From: Azolla caroliniana
Taxonomy: Eukaryota > Plantae > Polypodiophyta
NCBI GenBank assembly: GCA_043228905.1
Contig: JBHGNT010000003.1
Location: forward strand, 21,886,001-21,950,000
Length of the DNA: 64,000 bases
Direction of reading: 5' to 3'
The translations under genes and the position numbers were made by a program. Shown here in pieces: positions 1 through 11,320 of this stretch (its first letter is position 1; each line of letters begins with the position of its first letter). A model generated the notes under the pieces. That model did not search any database and was not told the origin of the DNA. It saw nothing but the letters and a program-made list of their open reading frames with translations.

Positions 1-447
1 GAAAAAACGCAATCAACTAAAAAGTGACTCATGCACATCTAGTGTGCATGAGCACTATATTTAGCAAATAAAAGCAAGGATTAGAAAAGCATCACATGCA
101 TATTTAGTGTGCATGAACATATTAGAAAAAAGCATGTAGCTATGCTTAGTCTCTCCCATCACTATATAAGGATGGGGAGCACATTGTAGTTTTGTTGATT
201 TTTTTTCTATAATGATCAATCAATCTAAAATATTCGTGGGATTCACGAATTTCCTAAAATAATTCTCTCTTTCTACCTAAATATTGACTAAATATACTAA
301 ACTCGTGGGATTCACAAGATTCTTATCTTATAACTCTTTATACCTATTCTTTACTAGCCTTATTTGTATTTTTCTTCCTCCTAGTCCAAAACCTCGGCGG
401 TTCCCACCCGACTCACGCAACGATCCGGAGCCGAAAGGCACGACACA
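1..447 (+). mobile_element. 3' part of the 5' LTR of a Ty3/gypsy element (element A; starts before the window)
   Basis: TATA-like TATATAA at about 163; ends in ...CACA at 447, 2 nt before a tRNA-Trp PBS and a gag-like ORF. Confidence 0.65.
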
Positions 448-449
448 GT

Positions 450-467
450 TGGTGAACCCGACGTGAA
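450..467 (+). other. Primer binding site complementary to the 3' end of tRNA-Trp
   Basis: TGGTGAACCCGACGTGAA is the reverse complement of the plant tRNA-Trp 3' end (...TTCACGTCGGGTTCA-CCA); related PBSs occur at 10291-10307 (-) and 28509-28525 (+). Confidence 0.85.
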
Positions 468-1997
468 GACGGGTGGCAAGGGGATGGAGAATCAACAAGA
501 GGCGATGAACATGATGATGATGATGGTTGAGCGGATGCAACAAGAACAACGCGCGATGATGGAGATGAAGGCGGTAGTAGAGCGGCTTGTGCGACGAAAT
601 GGGGAATTCAACGGAAATGATGTGTCACGCTATCTACGTGACTACAAAGGGGAGATGATGCGATGTGGGATACCGGAAGGATTGCAAGTGATATCCTTCA
701 GTCGGGTAGCCACGGATGAGTTACAAGAAAGAATCTACAAGATACAGCAACAAAATCCAACATGGGGGTCCTTTGAAGAAGCTTTACGAGAGGCATATGA
801 CTACGAGAGATCGAAGGGACGAGATCAACACGAGTTTGACGAATGGGTGGCATCGGAGAAGACCCACCGAAGTGCAACATAAGCATTCCTAGAGTTCGAG
901 CATCGTCTTGCTCGACTCTCGGAGCGGGAACAACGATTGGTGGGGGAGGATAAAGTCCTAATGTTCGTAAAATCGATCGATCGAAAAGAAAGGATGGACA
1001 TCGGGATTGAACTCGAAGACGATGACGGTGCGAATGGTCTTACCGAAGATTGGGCCAAAGCCCAAAGGGTATGCCAGAGACATGATGAGAGGAAGATGAG
1101 AATCTTGTGAACGATATGGCCGATGAAGGATGGTCGATTGAAGACAAACGATGGAGCCGATATGAAGGCCGAAATACAACATGATGGTGCGATGGAAGAG
1201 GGTGTAAAACAAGCTACCCTCTTGTCTTGCGAAAGAACAACGACGAAGGATAAGGCTGATAACCCAAGTGTAGAAGAAGATTTCAGAATACAAGTGTCCG
1301 AAACATCGGGTGAAAAGGGGTAAGCATAATTGATGCAATGAAAGAGAGCAAGGAGGACTTGATTGAGGAGGTCACCACGAAAGATGACATCGAATTGAAG
1401 GTGGCTATGGATGAATCAACGACGGATGGCCATATCGAGACTTTCCCACCACTGATTCCAGAGACTCCGGCGGTTGCGTTCGAAAGGCAACGTGAGACCG
1501 AAGAGACGGAAGGTGGCGGAGAGAAAACAAAGGTCGAAGCCGATGCGTATGACAGAGAGATAGCCGAGAATATGGCTATGGGTGAAACAACGGAGGATGA
1601 TAATACCGAGGATTCCTACCCACTAATTCTAGAGACTTCGGCGGTTGTGTCCGAGAACCAATGTGAGACCGGAGAGACGGGAGGTGGCAGCAAGGAAGGT
1701 AAAGTCGGAAGCCGGTTCGGATGGAAGATGATCCGTCTGAAATTCCGATGTAAACAAAAGCACGACAACGCGAAGGTCGGGTCTACGATGGGAGAAGCAT
1801 GTAATACGGAGCACGCGCTACGGCACCAAAAGAAGCACGTGCTACGGCGTAAAGAGAAGCACACGCTACGGCGCAAAAAGAAGCACGCGCTACGATGCAA
1901 AAAGAAGCATGCACTACGGGGTAATACGACATCTTCCTCCACAGTGACGTTGATAGAGGCAAGTGAGTCACAGATCTCTTTGATTCGGGCCGTGTAA
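463..1997 (+). pseudogene. Decayed gypsy gag of element A followed by a diverged acidic region; no pol present
   Basis: GEFNGNDVSRYL..YKGEM, LMFVKSID and DGLTEDW align with the gag at 28521 (GRFSGKDATKYL, LLFVK, DGLTTDW); in-frame stops at 880-882 and about 1108. Confidence 0.75.
1811..1920. repeat. 24-bp tandem repeat, about 4.5 copies
   Basis: Units of GCACRYGCTACGGCRYAAAAAGAA start at 1811, 1835, 1859, 1883 and 1907. Confidence 0.9.
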
Positions 1998-2260
1998 TCG
2001 GCTAACGACATGTCCTTCTGTCGGACATTGCTCAACTCCTGTTGGAGTTGCAGCTTCCGGGCCGTAGTGCTTGCCGCGAAAAACTTCTTTAGGTTTCCCC
2101 AAGCTTCTTTTGGCTTCATGGCATCTCGGACATGGCTCAGCAGTTGGTCTCCGATACTGGACGCAAAGTAGTACACCACTCTGCTTGCCACTTGTTTCCA
2201 CACAGGGAAGTCCTTGTGTGCCGCATCAGGTGTAGTGTCGTTTGCTCCGTCGACATAGCT
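1932..2260 (-). pseudogene. Ty1/copia gag (UBN2-like) fragment
   Basis: SYVDG..WKQVASRVVY..KEAWGNLKKFFAASTTARKLQLQQELSNVRQKDMS is homologous to the copia gag at 3556-4098. Confidence 0.85.
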
Positions 2261-3467
2261 TTTGTATCTCTTGGCCCTAGGCTTATCTCTATCACTTAAA
2301 CTAGTAATTTTACAAGTTCCATATTCGGAGAACCAAAATTGTTTCCTATTACATTTAATAGTTTTACAAGGGTTTAGGGTCTTAGTTTGCCTCGGGCTAT
2401 TGCGGCCCCACTCATTAATAGCCTGCATCAAAAATCCTCTCGGCTCTCCCCGTTGAGGGAGGCTCGATTGCGCTCATGGTTTGGCCTCACCGTAAGGAAT
2501 TGGACCGAATGCTTCCCATCTTGGCTCTTGACCCTCGCATATGCCGACCCGTTGTCTAGCACCTTCGTCTCCATGCGAGCCGCCGTGATGTATGGTTCAC
2601 CCAAGATGACCGGGTGCGAGGACATCTCTTGAACAAAGAAATGTTGATCTATTTCTACGTCCCCCACCTTCACACGTACATCCGGTTGCTTGGGTCGCCG
2701 CTCTAATCTTCCACCCGTGCTTTGTGTTGATCGACCACTTTCCCTTTATATAAAAGTCCATGGACATAAGGTTGATCTCAAAGCCATGGTCGATCAATGC
2801 TACAACCGGCTCTTTTACATCTCCGACCCGTACCGGTGTCTCCGTCGTCGCTCTTGCCCAATGCGGCCTTGTGTAGTGATTGTCCGCATAGTCTTCGTCT
2901 TCCTCAGGAACCTCAGTTGGCAATTGTTGAGAATCAAGCTCAACTTGGTCGAGTGTGTGAACTCACCTTGAGAGTGAAGAGACACTCCAATGGTCAAGAG
3001 TCACCATTATGTCACCACTTTGTATTCTAGCATTTAGTATGAGTCATAGAATCATATTCTATGAAACATAACTTATGAGCTTTCACATTCCCCATGCTTC
3101 ATGAGGCTTGTAGTTAATCAACAGAGAGGGTGACTACATAAAGCAGCCTCCTCCCACCTTGTATTAATGTTGAGTCTTTCTCCTCTGTTAATATACTTTT
3201 AACCTTGCGTATACTCTGTGTGTGTCTCTCTCTCTCTCTCTCTTACACACACACATAACTCACATCTCTTCCGCTTCACAAGAATCCATCTCTTGATTCT
3301 TTACATGGTATCAGAGCGATTTGGTAGCTCGATCTAGCCCATTCACCTCATCGTGATCGTGTGTTGAGCTCTACGTCGACGACCAAGAATCGGCTCATAG
3401 CTATCGTAGCTTCACTACATAGCTCGCATTCGAAGAGAGAAGAAGAAGAAGAAGGAGAATCGACATA

Positions 3468-6400
3468 ATGAATACTAAAATGGGGAGCGCTCTCCCTATC
3501 GAGAAGTTGGATCGAAACAACTTCGCATCTTGGGAGTACAAGATGTACCAATACCTTGTCGGACAAGGCTATTGGAGCTACATCAAAGGAGCGCATGAAG
3601 ACCGACCCGCCGAAGCGGCTCCCGGATACGCGACATGGGAGCCGCGTGATGTATTGTTTGGCAACATGTGTTCACGACCACATGCTCGGTTACATTCGAG
3701 AAGCCAAGACGCCGAAGGAAGCGTGGGAAAATCTACGAAAGATTTTCGCCGCCAACACGACCGCGAGGAAGTTTCAACTCCGCCAAGAGTTGAACAACAT
3801 TCAACAAAGGGACATGTCCATCGCGACATACACCTTGAAGATCAAGGAGCTTTGCGACTCACTTGGCTCAATAAGTGTAAGTATAGATGATGATGAGATG
3901 GTGCAAATATGCCTCGACGGCCTCGCACCACGGTTCGGCGCGATGCGAACCACCGTTCTAGCACGGGAGAAATCTCCCTCCTTCTTCGAGCTCCAATCAA
4001 TGCTATTGGTCGAAGAAAACCACGTGCGTACAAGGAGCAATGAGTTGGAAGGACACATGCTCTACACACACTCTAATGGAGGAAGAGGACGCGGATGAGC
4101 GAGAGGCCGATTCGGCCAAGGACAAGGCGGACAAGGTCCGACCTACGACAACAACTCCCAATTTCGGCCGCAAAACGGAGGCCAACGAGGAACCTTCGCA
4201 AGAAGGGGGAGCTTCCACTCTAGCCCGAGCCATCAAAACGCAACCGAATGCGGATATTGTGGAAAGCTCGGCCACCACGAAGAAGAGTGCCGAAAGAAGA
4301 TGCGTGAATCGGCTTCCACAAGCCGACAACTCACGAATTATGCACACAACTCCGACTACGAGGATCGTGGCGGAATGTACGCATATAACTCCGACCGTGG
4401 CAGAATGTTCATGATGAAACATAGAGCAAAGTCTATGTCGGCCTCTACCTCAACTAGTGCCCTCAATCCCGAGGACGTATGGTTTGTTGACTACGGAGCC
4501 TCAAACCATATGACATCCCACAAAGAATGGTTTCTCGAACTTCAAGAGCCGGAGCAACCCGGTTATGTCGAAACCGTAGATGACACTACGCACCCGATTC
4601 GGCACATCTGCAATGTTCCGTTCGGTGAAAGAGGTAAGCAAACATACATTAAAAATGTCTTGCATGTACCCACCATCACAAAGAATTTGGTCTCGATCGG
4701 CCAAATCGTTGAGCAAGGGATGCAAGTATGATTCAACCAAGAAGGGTGCTTCATTGAAAAAGAAGGCCGAATCATCACATGCGGAAGAAGAGAGGGCCGG
4801 ATGTTCATTCTCGATTCGCACGAGATGAAATCTGCCATGTTCGCGAAAAGCACGAAAGCCGACTCCGACATAGAGCTATGGGATAAGCGAATCGGCCACA
4901 TCAATCTTAACAAACTCAAAGCAATGAAATCGAAAGGAGTCGTCATCAGACTCCCGACATTCATAGAGAAGGAGATTGAAGGTGTATGCGAAGCGTGCCA
5001 ATTCGGCAAGCAACACCGACACCCATTTCCAAAGGAGCGGAATGTGAGCAAAGGCGTACTCGACGTAATTCATTCCGATGTATGGGGTCCGGCTCAAACG
5101 ACGACATTCGGCGGATGCCGATATTACGTGCTCTTCATCGACGACTTTTCTTGGCACACTTGGATCTACAAGATGCGGCAAAAGAGCGAAGTGTTCAGAC
5201 ACTTCCAAAATGTCAAGAATGAAGTCGAGAAAGCCACGGGCCGACATGTACGATGCCTTCGATCGGATGGCGGCAAGGAGTACTTCTCGGACGATTTCAC
5301 GGCGTATCTCCGAAAGGAAGGAATTCGGCGAGAATTCACTTGCCAACACACTCCGCAACAAAACGGAGTAGCCGAGCGCAAAAATCGGCACATCCTCGAA
5401 GTAGCGCGGGCCATGATGAACGAGAAGCATATGCCCAAGTCATATTGGGCCGAAGCTGCAAATACGGCCGTCTACCTAATGAACCGGTGCACAACATCCG
5501 GCGTGCACGAGGTCACTCCGCACAAAAGATTCTTCGGAAAGAAGCCGAACCTATCACATGTTCGGATATTCGGCTCCATTGCGTACGTGCACATCCCCAA
5601 TGAGAAGCATCAAAAGCTCGACCCGAAGTCGGAGAAATGTATCCTCGTAGGATACTCATTGGAGCAAAAGGGGTACAAGTGCTACAACCCCTCAACTCGA
5701 AAATCTCGGGTAAGTCGAGACGTCGTCTTTGACGAGTCCGCATCCTGGTACGCACCAGAGACAACTTCGACTCCGACCCCGCTCGACTCGGAATCCACCG
5801 AACAAGAGATAGAGGATGAAGATCACCTTACGCGCATGTTCGAAGAAAGTTCGATCACGACCCGACTGAGCCACAAGAGCCTTTGAGCGATCAAAGCACA
5901 TCACGGCCTAGCCCGAAGATGGACAAAGGCAAGGCGAAAATGGTGGAATATGAAGACAATCGCTTCGACAACGATGAATCGACTCACTCACTCGACAGTG
6001 AGTTCGGCGGTTTCGAGGTACCAATCGGAGCTAAGAAAGCCCTCATCTCTGCAAATGAAAAACTCCGCCGATCCACCCGTGAAAAGTACCCCGTCAGCCG
6101 ATTCGGCTACAACGATTATATGGCGTACCATTACGCCTTTATGATGAAGGTAGCGACAATATGGGAGCCGGAAACCTTTTCGGAAGCCGTGAAGGACCCG
6201 CGATGGATCGAAGCAATGAACGAGGAGATGGAGGCACTACGGAAGAACGAGACGTGGGATCTTGTTTCCACGTCACCACACAAAAAGGCGATCGGATGCA
6301 GATGGATCTACAAGGTGAAGTATAACGCCGATGGCTCCGTAAACCGCTACAAAGCTCGACTCGTAGCGAAAGGATACGCTCAGACGCATGGCGTCGACTA

Positions 6401-7948
6401 CGAAGAGACCTTTGCCCCGGTGGCAAAGATGATGACGGTGCGGACCGTAATTGCGATTGCCGTGGGGAAAGGGTGGCACCTCCATCAAATGGACGTCAAG
6501 AACGCCTTTCTACAAGGCGAATTAGAAGAGGAGGTGTACATGATCCAACCACCTGGTTTCAACTCGAGCACTCATCCAAAAGCCGTATGCCCACTCAAGA
6601 AGCCACTCTACGGCCTCAAGCAAGCACCGCGTGCTTGACATTCGAAGATAATGCAATATCTTCATCAAATCGGCTTCCATATTTCAAAATCGGACAACTC
6701 CCTCTACATACGAAGCGATTCCGCAAGTTCGATCGTCATCATCTTATATGTGGATGACCTAGTCATTGGAGGTGAGCATCTCGTCGAAATCAATAAGGTC
6801 AAATCCCTCCTTTCCGACAAGTTCGAGATGACGGACATGAAGGAGCTTCACTACTTCCTCGGCATCGAGGTAATTCGGACTCCGGCCGGAATCATGATCT
6901 CTCAACGACACTACATCCTCAGCTTGTTATACAAGTTCGGGATGGCTGAGTGCAAATCCGCGGCAACCCCGCTCGATCGCAATCTCAAACTAGATGCGAA
7001 CTCTGGCACCAAAGCGTGTGAGCCGACTTAGTATCGGAAACTCATCGGGAGTCTCATCTACCTCACGATCACACGACCCGATCTCAGTTATCCGGTTGGT
7101 CTCCTTAGCCAATTCATGCAAACACCGCGTGATACTCACTTGGATTGCGCTAAGCGAGTTCTACGGTACGTGAGTGGCACAATGGATTGCGGCATCCTTT
7201 ACAAGTCCGCGATGCCAATACGACTCGAGGGGTACACAGACGCCGATTGGGCCGGCTACAAAGCTGATAGAAGATCAACCTCCGGATTTGTTTTCTCCCT
7301 CGGCAGCGGAGCAATATCCTGGAGTAGCAAGAAGCAGCCCACCGTCGCTCTTTCGAGTACGGAGGCGGAATACAGGGGCGCAGCCGTAGTTGCGTGTGAA
7401 ACCGTATGGCTCAAGAGGATTTTGAAGGATCTGGGCGTACCTATTAAGGATCTGACTTCCCTTTACTGCAACAACATGAGCAGTATCTATCTGGCTCGAA
7501 ACTCGGTGTTCCATGCGCGGACAAAGCACATCGAAGGAGTAGCAAGAAGCAGCCCACCGTCGCTCTTTCGAGTACGGAGGCGGAATACAGGGTCGCAGCC
7601 GTAGTTGCGTGTGAAACCGTATGGCTCAAGAGGATTTTGAAGGATCTGGGCATACCTATTAAGGATCCGACTTCCCTTTACTGCAACAACATGAGCAGTA
7701 TCTATCTGGCTCGAAACTCGGTGTTCCATGCGCGGACAAAGCACATCGGAGTGCACTATCACTTCATCCGAGAGTGCGTTCTGGCTGGCGATGTCGACCT
7801 ACAACACATTAGCACCAATCTTCAAACGGCCGACATCTTCACTAAAGCCTTAGGAGCCGACAAGCTATGGCAATTCATGACCGATCTCGGATTGACGATC
7901 CCTGACCTGCCAAGCTTGAGGGGGAGTACTAAAGACACTACGCAATAA
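3468..7948 (+). pseudogene. Disrupted copia gag-PR-INT-RT-RNase H polyprotein
   Basis: gag, zinc knuckle, WFVDYGASNH protease, IHSDVWGP/LRSDGGKEY integrase, QMDVKNAFL and YVDD RT motifs, RNase H; several stops and frameshifts. Confidence 0.93.
7321..7750 (+). repeat. 215-bp direct tandem duplication inside the RNase H region
   Basis: 7321-7535 is repeated at 7536-7750; the length is not a multiple of 3, so it shifts the frame. Confidence 0.95.
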
Positions 7949-10589
7949 CGCATGGATTCCGCAACCACGCAACGAAGCAGTGAAGAGCCGATCTACCGCG
8001 CAAAGCCGCAAAGAAAGACGCAAGTCGAAGCACAGACTTCGCAACTACGCACGCAAGCCGAAGCACAGACTTCGCACAACGCAAGTTGGAGCACGGATTC
8101 CGCAACTCCGCATAAAACGACGATGCGAGTCGACGCGGATTCCGGAACCCGAGTTGAAGCAGGCGGATTTCGGATACCGTCTGAAACCGACCCGACTTGA
8201 GCTTGAGGGGGCGTGTTGAGAATCAAGCTCAACTTGGTTGAGTGTGTGAACTCACCTTGAGAGTGAAGAGACACTCCAATGGTCAAGAGTCACCATTATG
8301 TCACCACTTTGTATTCTAGCATTTAGTATGAGTCATAGAATCATATTCTATGACACATAACTTATGAGCTTTCACATTCCCCATGCTTCATGAGGCTTGT
8401 AGTTAATGAAGAGAGAGGGTGACTACATAAAGCAGCCTCCTCCCACCTTGTATTAATGTTGAGTCTTTCTCCTTTGTTAATATACTTTTAACCTTGCGTA
8501 TACTCAGTGTCTCTCTCTCTCTCACTCTCTCTCTCTCTCTTACACACACACATAACTCACATATCTTCCGCTTCAGAAGAATCCATCTCTTAATTCTTTA
8601 CAGCAATGCATTTACAATCGCGGGCTTTGTCACTTCTTGCTCCATTGAGAGCCGCTTCCTCTTCATTAGGTCGATGATGACCTCATGGAATTCTTTCTTG
8701 GCAATTCCAAGGACCTCTCGCAGAGTAAACTCTATGCGACTATCGAGGATCCTTTACTCCACTACCTTCTTCAACTCCGTTGCTTGTTCGATCTCCGAGC
8801 AAAGCTTGAAGTTGTGGGGGTTCCCCTTCTCTTTCCATCTTTCGTCGCGTGCTTGAGACTGGTTCGGCTCTTCCCTTCTTCGTGCACCTCGAGCGTCGTA
8901 TTTCCTTGATGGACCGGCTCCCTCGTCATTTCCTACCTTCTTCTCTTCTACCATTACTTCGTAGTTTTGGCAAGCGGCTTCCACTAAGCCTGTCTTTTCT
9001 TTCACCAGATCCTTCCACCCGGTTGCTCCTTGGACCCTTCTTTCCGCTTCATCCGCTTCTTCTCTTTTGAACTTTCCCCTAGAGAGGCTTCCAAGGATTG
9101 ACGGCCAAAAGTCAAACTCTTTCTCCTTTTGCCTCCTCACCTCTTTCCCCACTCGGATCCTAGCCGACGCCGAGTAGTGGACGGCTTCAACATGTCGTGC
9201 TTCGGCCTCCTCCATTAGCCTTCTCATGCCCCCTCGGCCCTGATTCAATCCCAAGGGATGCCTTGTCTCTGTCGAATAGACCCTATTGTTCCAAAGATAG
9301 ACAATATCCCTTCTTAGGGCCTCTTGAAAGTCTCCACACTCCCTTCATTGGTGGTCGGGATTGTCGCACCACATACATCTTTGCGTGAACGGGGGACGTC
9401 GATCTTGAGGGCTGCCACTCTCTCTCCTAGCTTGCGCTATTTGGAGATCTCGCACCATCTTTTTGAGCTCGTCTATTACCGACCCTCCCGATGGTGCTTC
9501 AACCACGTTTCTCTCGGGGATGAACCTTGCATTTGCTTGCTGTCTTCTTGGAGGTGCTCTACCACCCTTGGATTCGTGTGTCTCACTAATGGAACCTGTG
9601 GTTGTTTGGCCACTCAACGAAGACCCGTTGTTCCATTCCCTTCTCTTATCGAAGCGACTACAAACCCGTTTTACCATAGCCCAATCCGTCATGAGCCCAT
9701 CATCAGTTTCGAGGAGGAGGACCTTGCTTGTGTCAGGCACCATCCTATCGAGAGCCGAGAGTCACGCGAAGCGCTTCTCAAATTCTTGTGGAAGTGCCAT
9801 AGTATTTCTCCCCTTGCCGGGAAGCTCAACCCACTCCATTAGATCCCTTTTCAAAATTCTGAGTGAGTCATCAAGGCCGTACTTTTAGAGGAGTCTTTCT
9901 TCGAACTCCACCCAACTGCAATAGTCCACTTGGATCTCAAGTACCTCTATTTTGATACTCGGTGTTACCACTCTAGCGAATCCGGTTAGCCACCTATCTT
10001 CGGGGACGTTTCGCATAAGCATTTCGGCCTTATAGGCATCCAAGTAGCTCGTGGTATCTCTTCCATTGAACTGACCCGTTGTGCCGACCACTGTCTCTAT
10101 AGCCCGGTCTAGCCCGATGATGCCTTCTCGAGCATTTACCAAGCGGTCCGCCGCCGCCGCCATCGCTTCAACGAGTTATTCTCAACAAATCATGGTTCTC
10201 CCTTGCCGCCCTTTCACGTCAGGTTCGCCGCCGCCGCCATCGCTTCAACGAGTTATCCTCATCGCATCTTGGTTCTTCCTTGCCGCCCTTTCACGTCAGG
10301 TTCACCAATTTTATGTTGCAATGTTTCACGCGTGTGTGTTACTTGGGCGGGACCACGACAGTCTTGGACTAGGGAGTACTGAAGGGATAGGGAAGACTCG
10401 AGGTTTGCTTTGAGACAATACTACTTCCCAACCCCTTCCAAAGCAAGGTCTCGTTACCCCTTTTGTGATGCCGGTGGCTTTCGTTGATCACGACTACTCG
10501 AGTTCTCGAGCTCACCGGACGAGCTACTGATCAAACGGGTACAAGCAAAGATGAGCACGCAAGATGAACACACAAGGGGATGATAACAC

Positions 10590-10920
10590 AAACATGAATG
10601 CCCGTACGTCTTTATGAGGAGGAGAGGTGCATGGGCATGACCGACCGCTCCCTTGTCACAAGACGTCGAACATACGAGGAAGACACAAAACACATGCACA
10701 AATGCTCATACGCCTTTATGAGGAGGAGAGGTGCATGGGCAAGCCCGAACGCTCCCTCGTCACAAAACGACCAAACGTACAACGAATACACAAACAAACA
10801 CACAAATGCTCGTAAATCTTTATGAGGAGGAGAGGTGCATGGGCACACCCGAAACGCTCCTTCCTCTCAAGACGACAGAACGTACAAGGAAGACATAAAC
10901 ACACGCACAAAATGCTCGTA
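10590..10920. repeat. About 104-bp tandem repeat (3 copies) in the LTR of gypsy B
   Basis: TTTATGAGGAGGAGAGGTGCATGGGCA recurs at about 10611, 10715 and 10819. Confidence 0.85.
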
Positions 10921-11089
10921 CAAGCAAGATCGTTCTTTAAGTGTTGCGTTCAATCCTTCATGGGGCCATATGTCATCAAGAACGTAAACGTGCAAACAAT
11001 AATATATTATTAAGGTTGAACGTCATAAAATGTCAACAACAAGTCGGATCTTAAATTAATTAACAAATAGGACATCTACGAATACCATA

Positions 11090-11166
11090 GCCTCTATAGC
11101 TCAGTGGTAGAGCGTCAGTCTTGTGAACTGAAGGTCTTTGATTGAATTCAATCCTCAGTGGGGGCA
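11090..11166 (+). pseudogene. tRNA-Thr(UGU) pseudogene
   Basis: Array tRNA with a 5-nt insertion at the T arm, a damaged B box and A37>G. Confidence 0.8.
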
Positions 11167-11171
11167 TATAC

Positions 11172-11257
11172 TGTTGAGGACAAAGGCCGTCAATGCGGAA
11201 GATCAAATAGCATTCGATTCGTGTTGAGTACCTGCGTATGACAGTTTGCAAGATCGT

Positions 11258-11320
<63 letters not shown>

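Larger units (their letters stand above)
2925..8602 (+). mobile_element. Full-length Ty1/copia LTR retrotransposon C
   Basis: Near-identical TG..CA LTRs at 2925-3305 and 8214-8602; 5-bp TSD GCAAT (2920-2924, 8603-8607); PBS TGGTATCAGAGC (tRNA-iMet) at 3306-3317; PPT at 8205-8213. Confidence 0.97.
2262..10922 (-). mobile_element. Truncated Ty3/gypsy element B (LTR about 10314-10922, Trp PBS, gag, protease, start of pol linker), split by copia C
   Basis: PBS at 10291-10307; gag pieces at 9885-10163, 9345-9743 and 8754-9254; protease region VALIDHG..SREDF at 2428-2923; collinear with element E; RT and integrase absent. Confidence 0.85.

Noticed and set aside
1800-1931. TGTAATACG...TAATACGACA segment as the 3' LTR of element A
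   Set aside because: It has TG..CA ends and a purine-rich tract before it, but shows no match to the visible 5' LTR (1-447); unresolved
1616-2431. 271-aa ORF as a real gene
   Set aside because: Chimera of gypsy linker, copia gag fragment, a 24-bp repeat and antisense element A sequence
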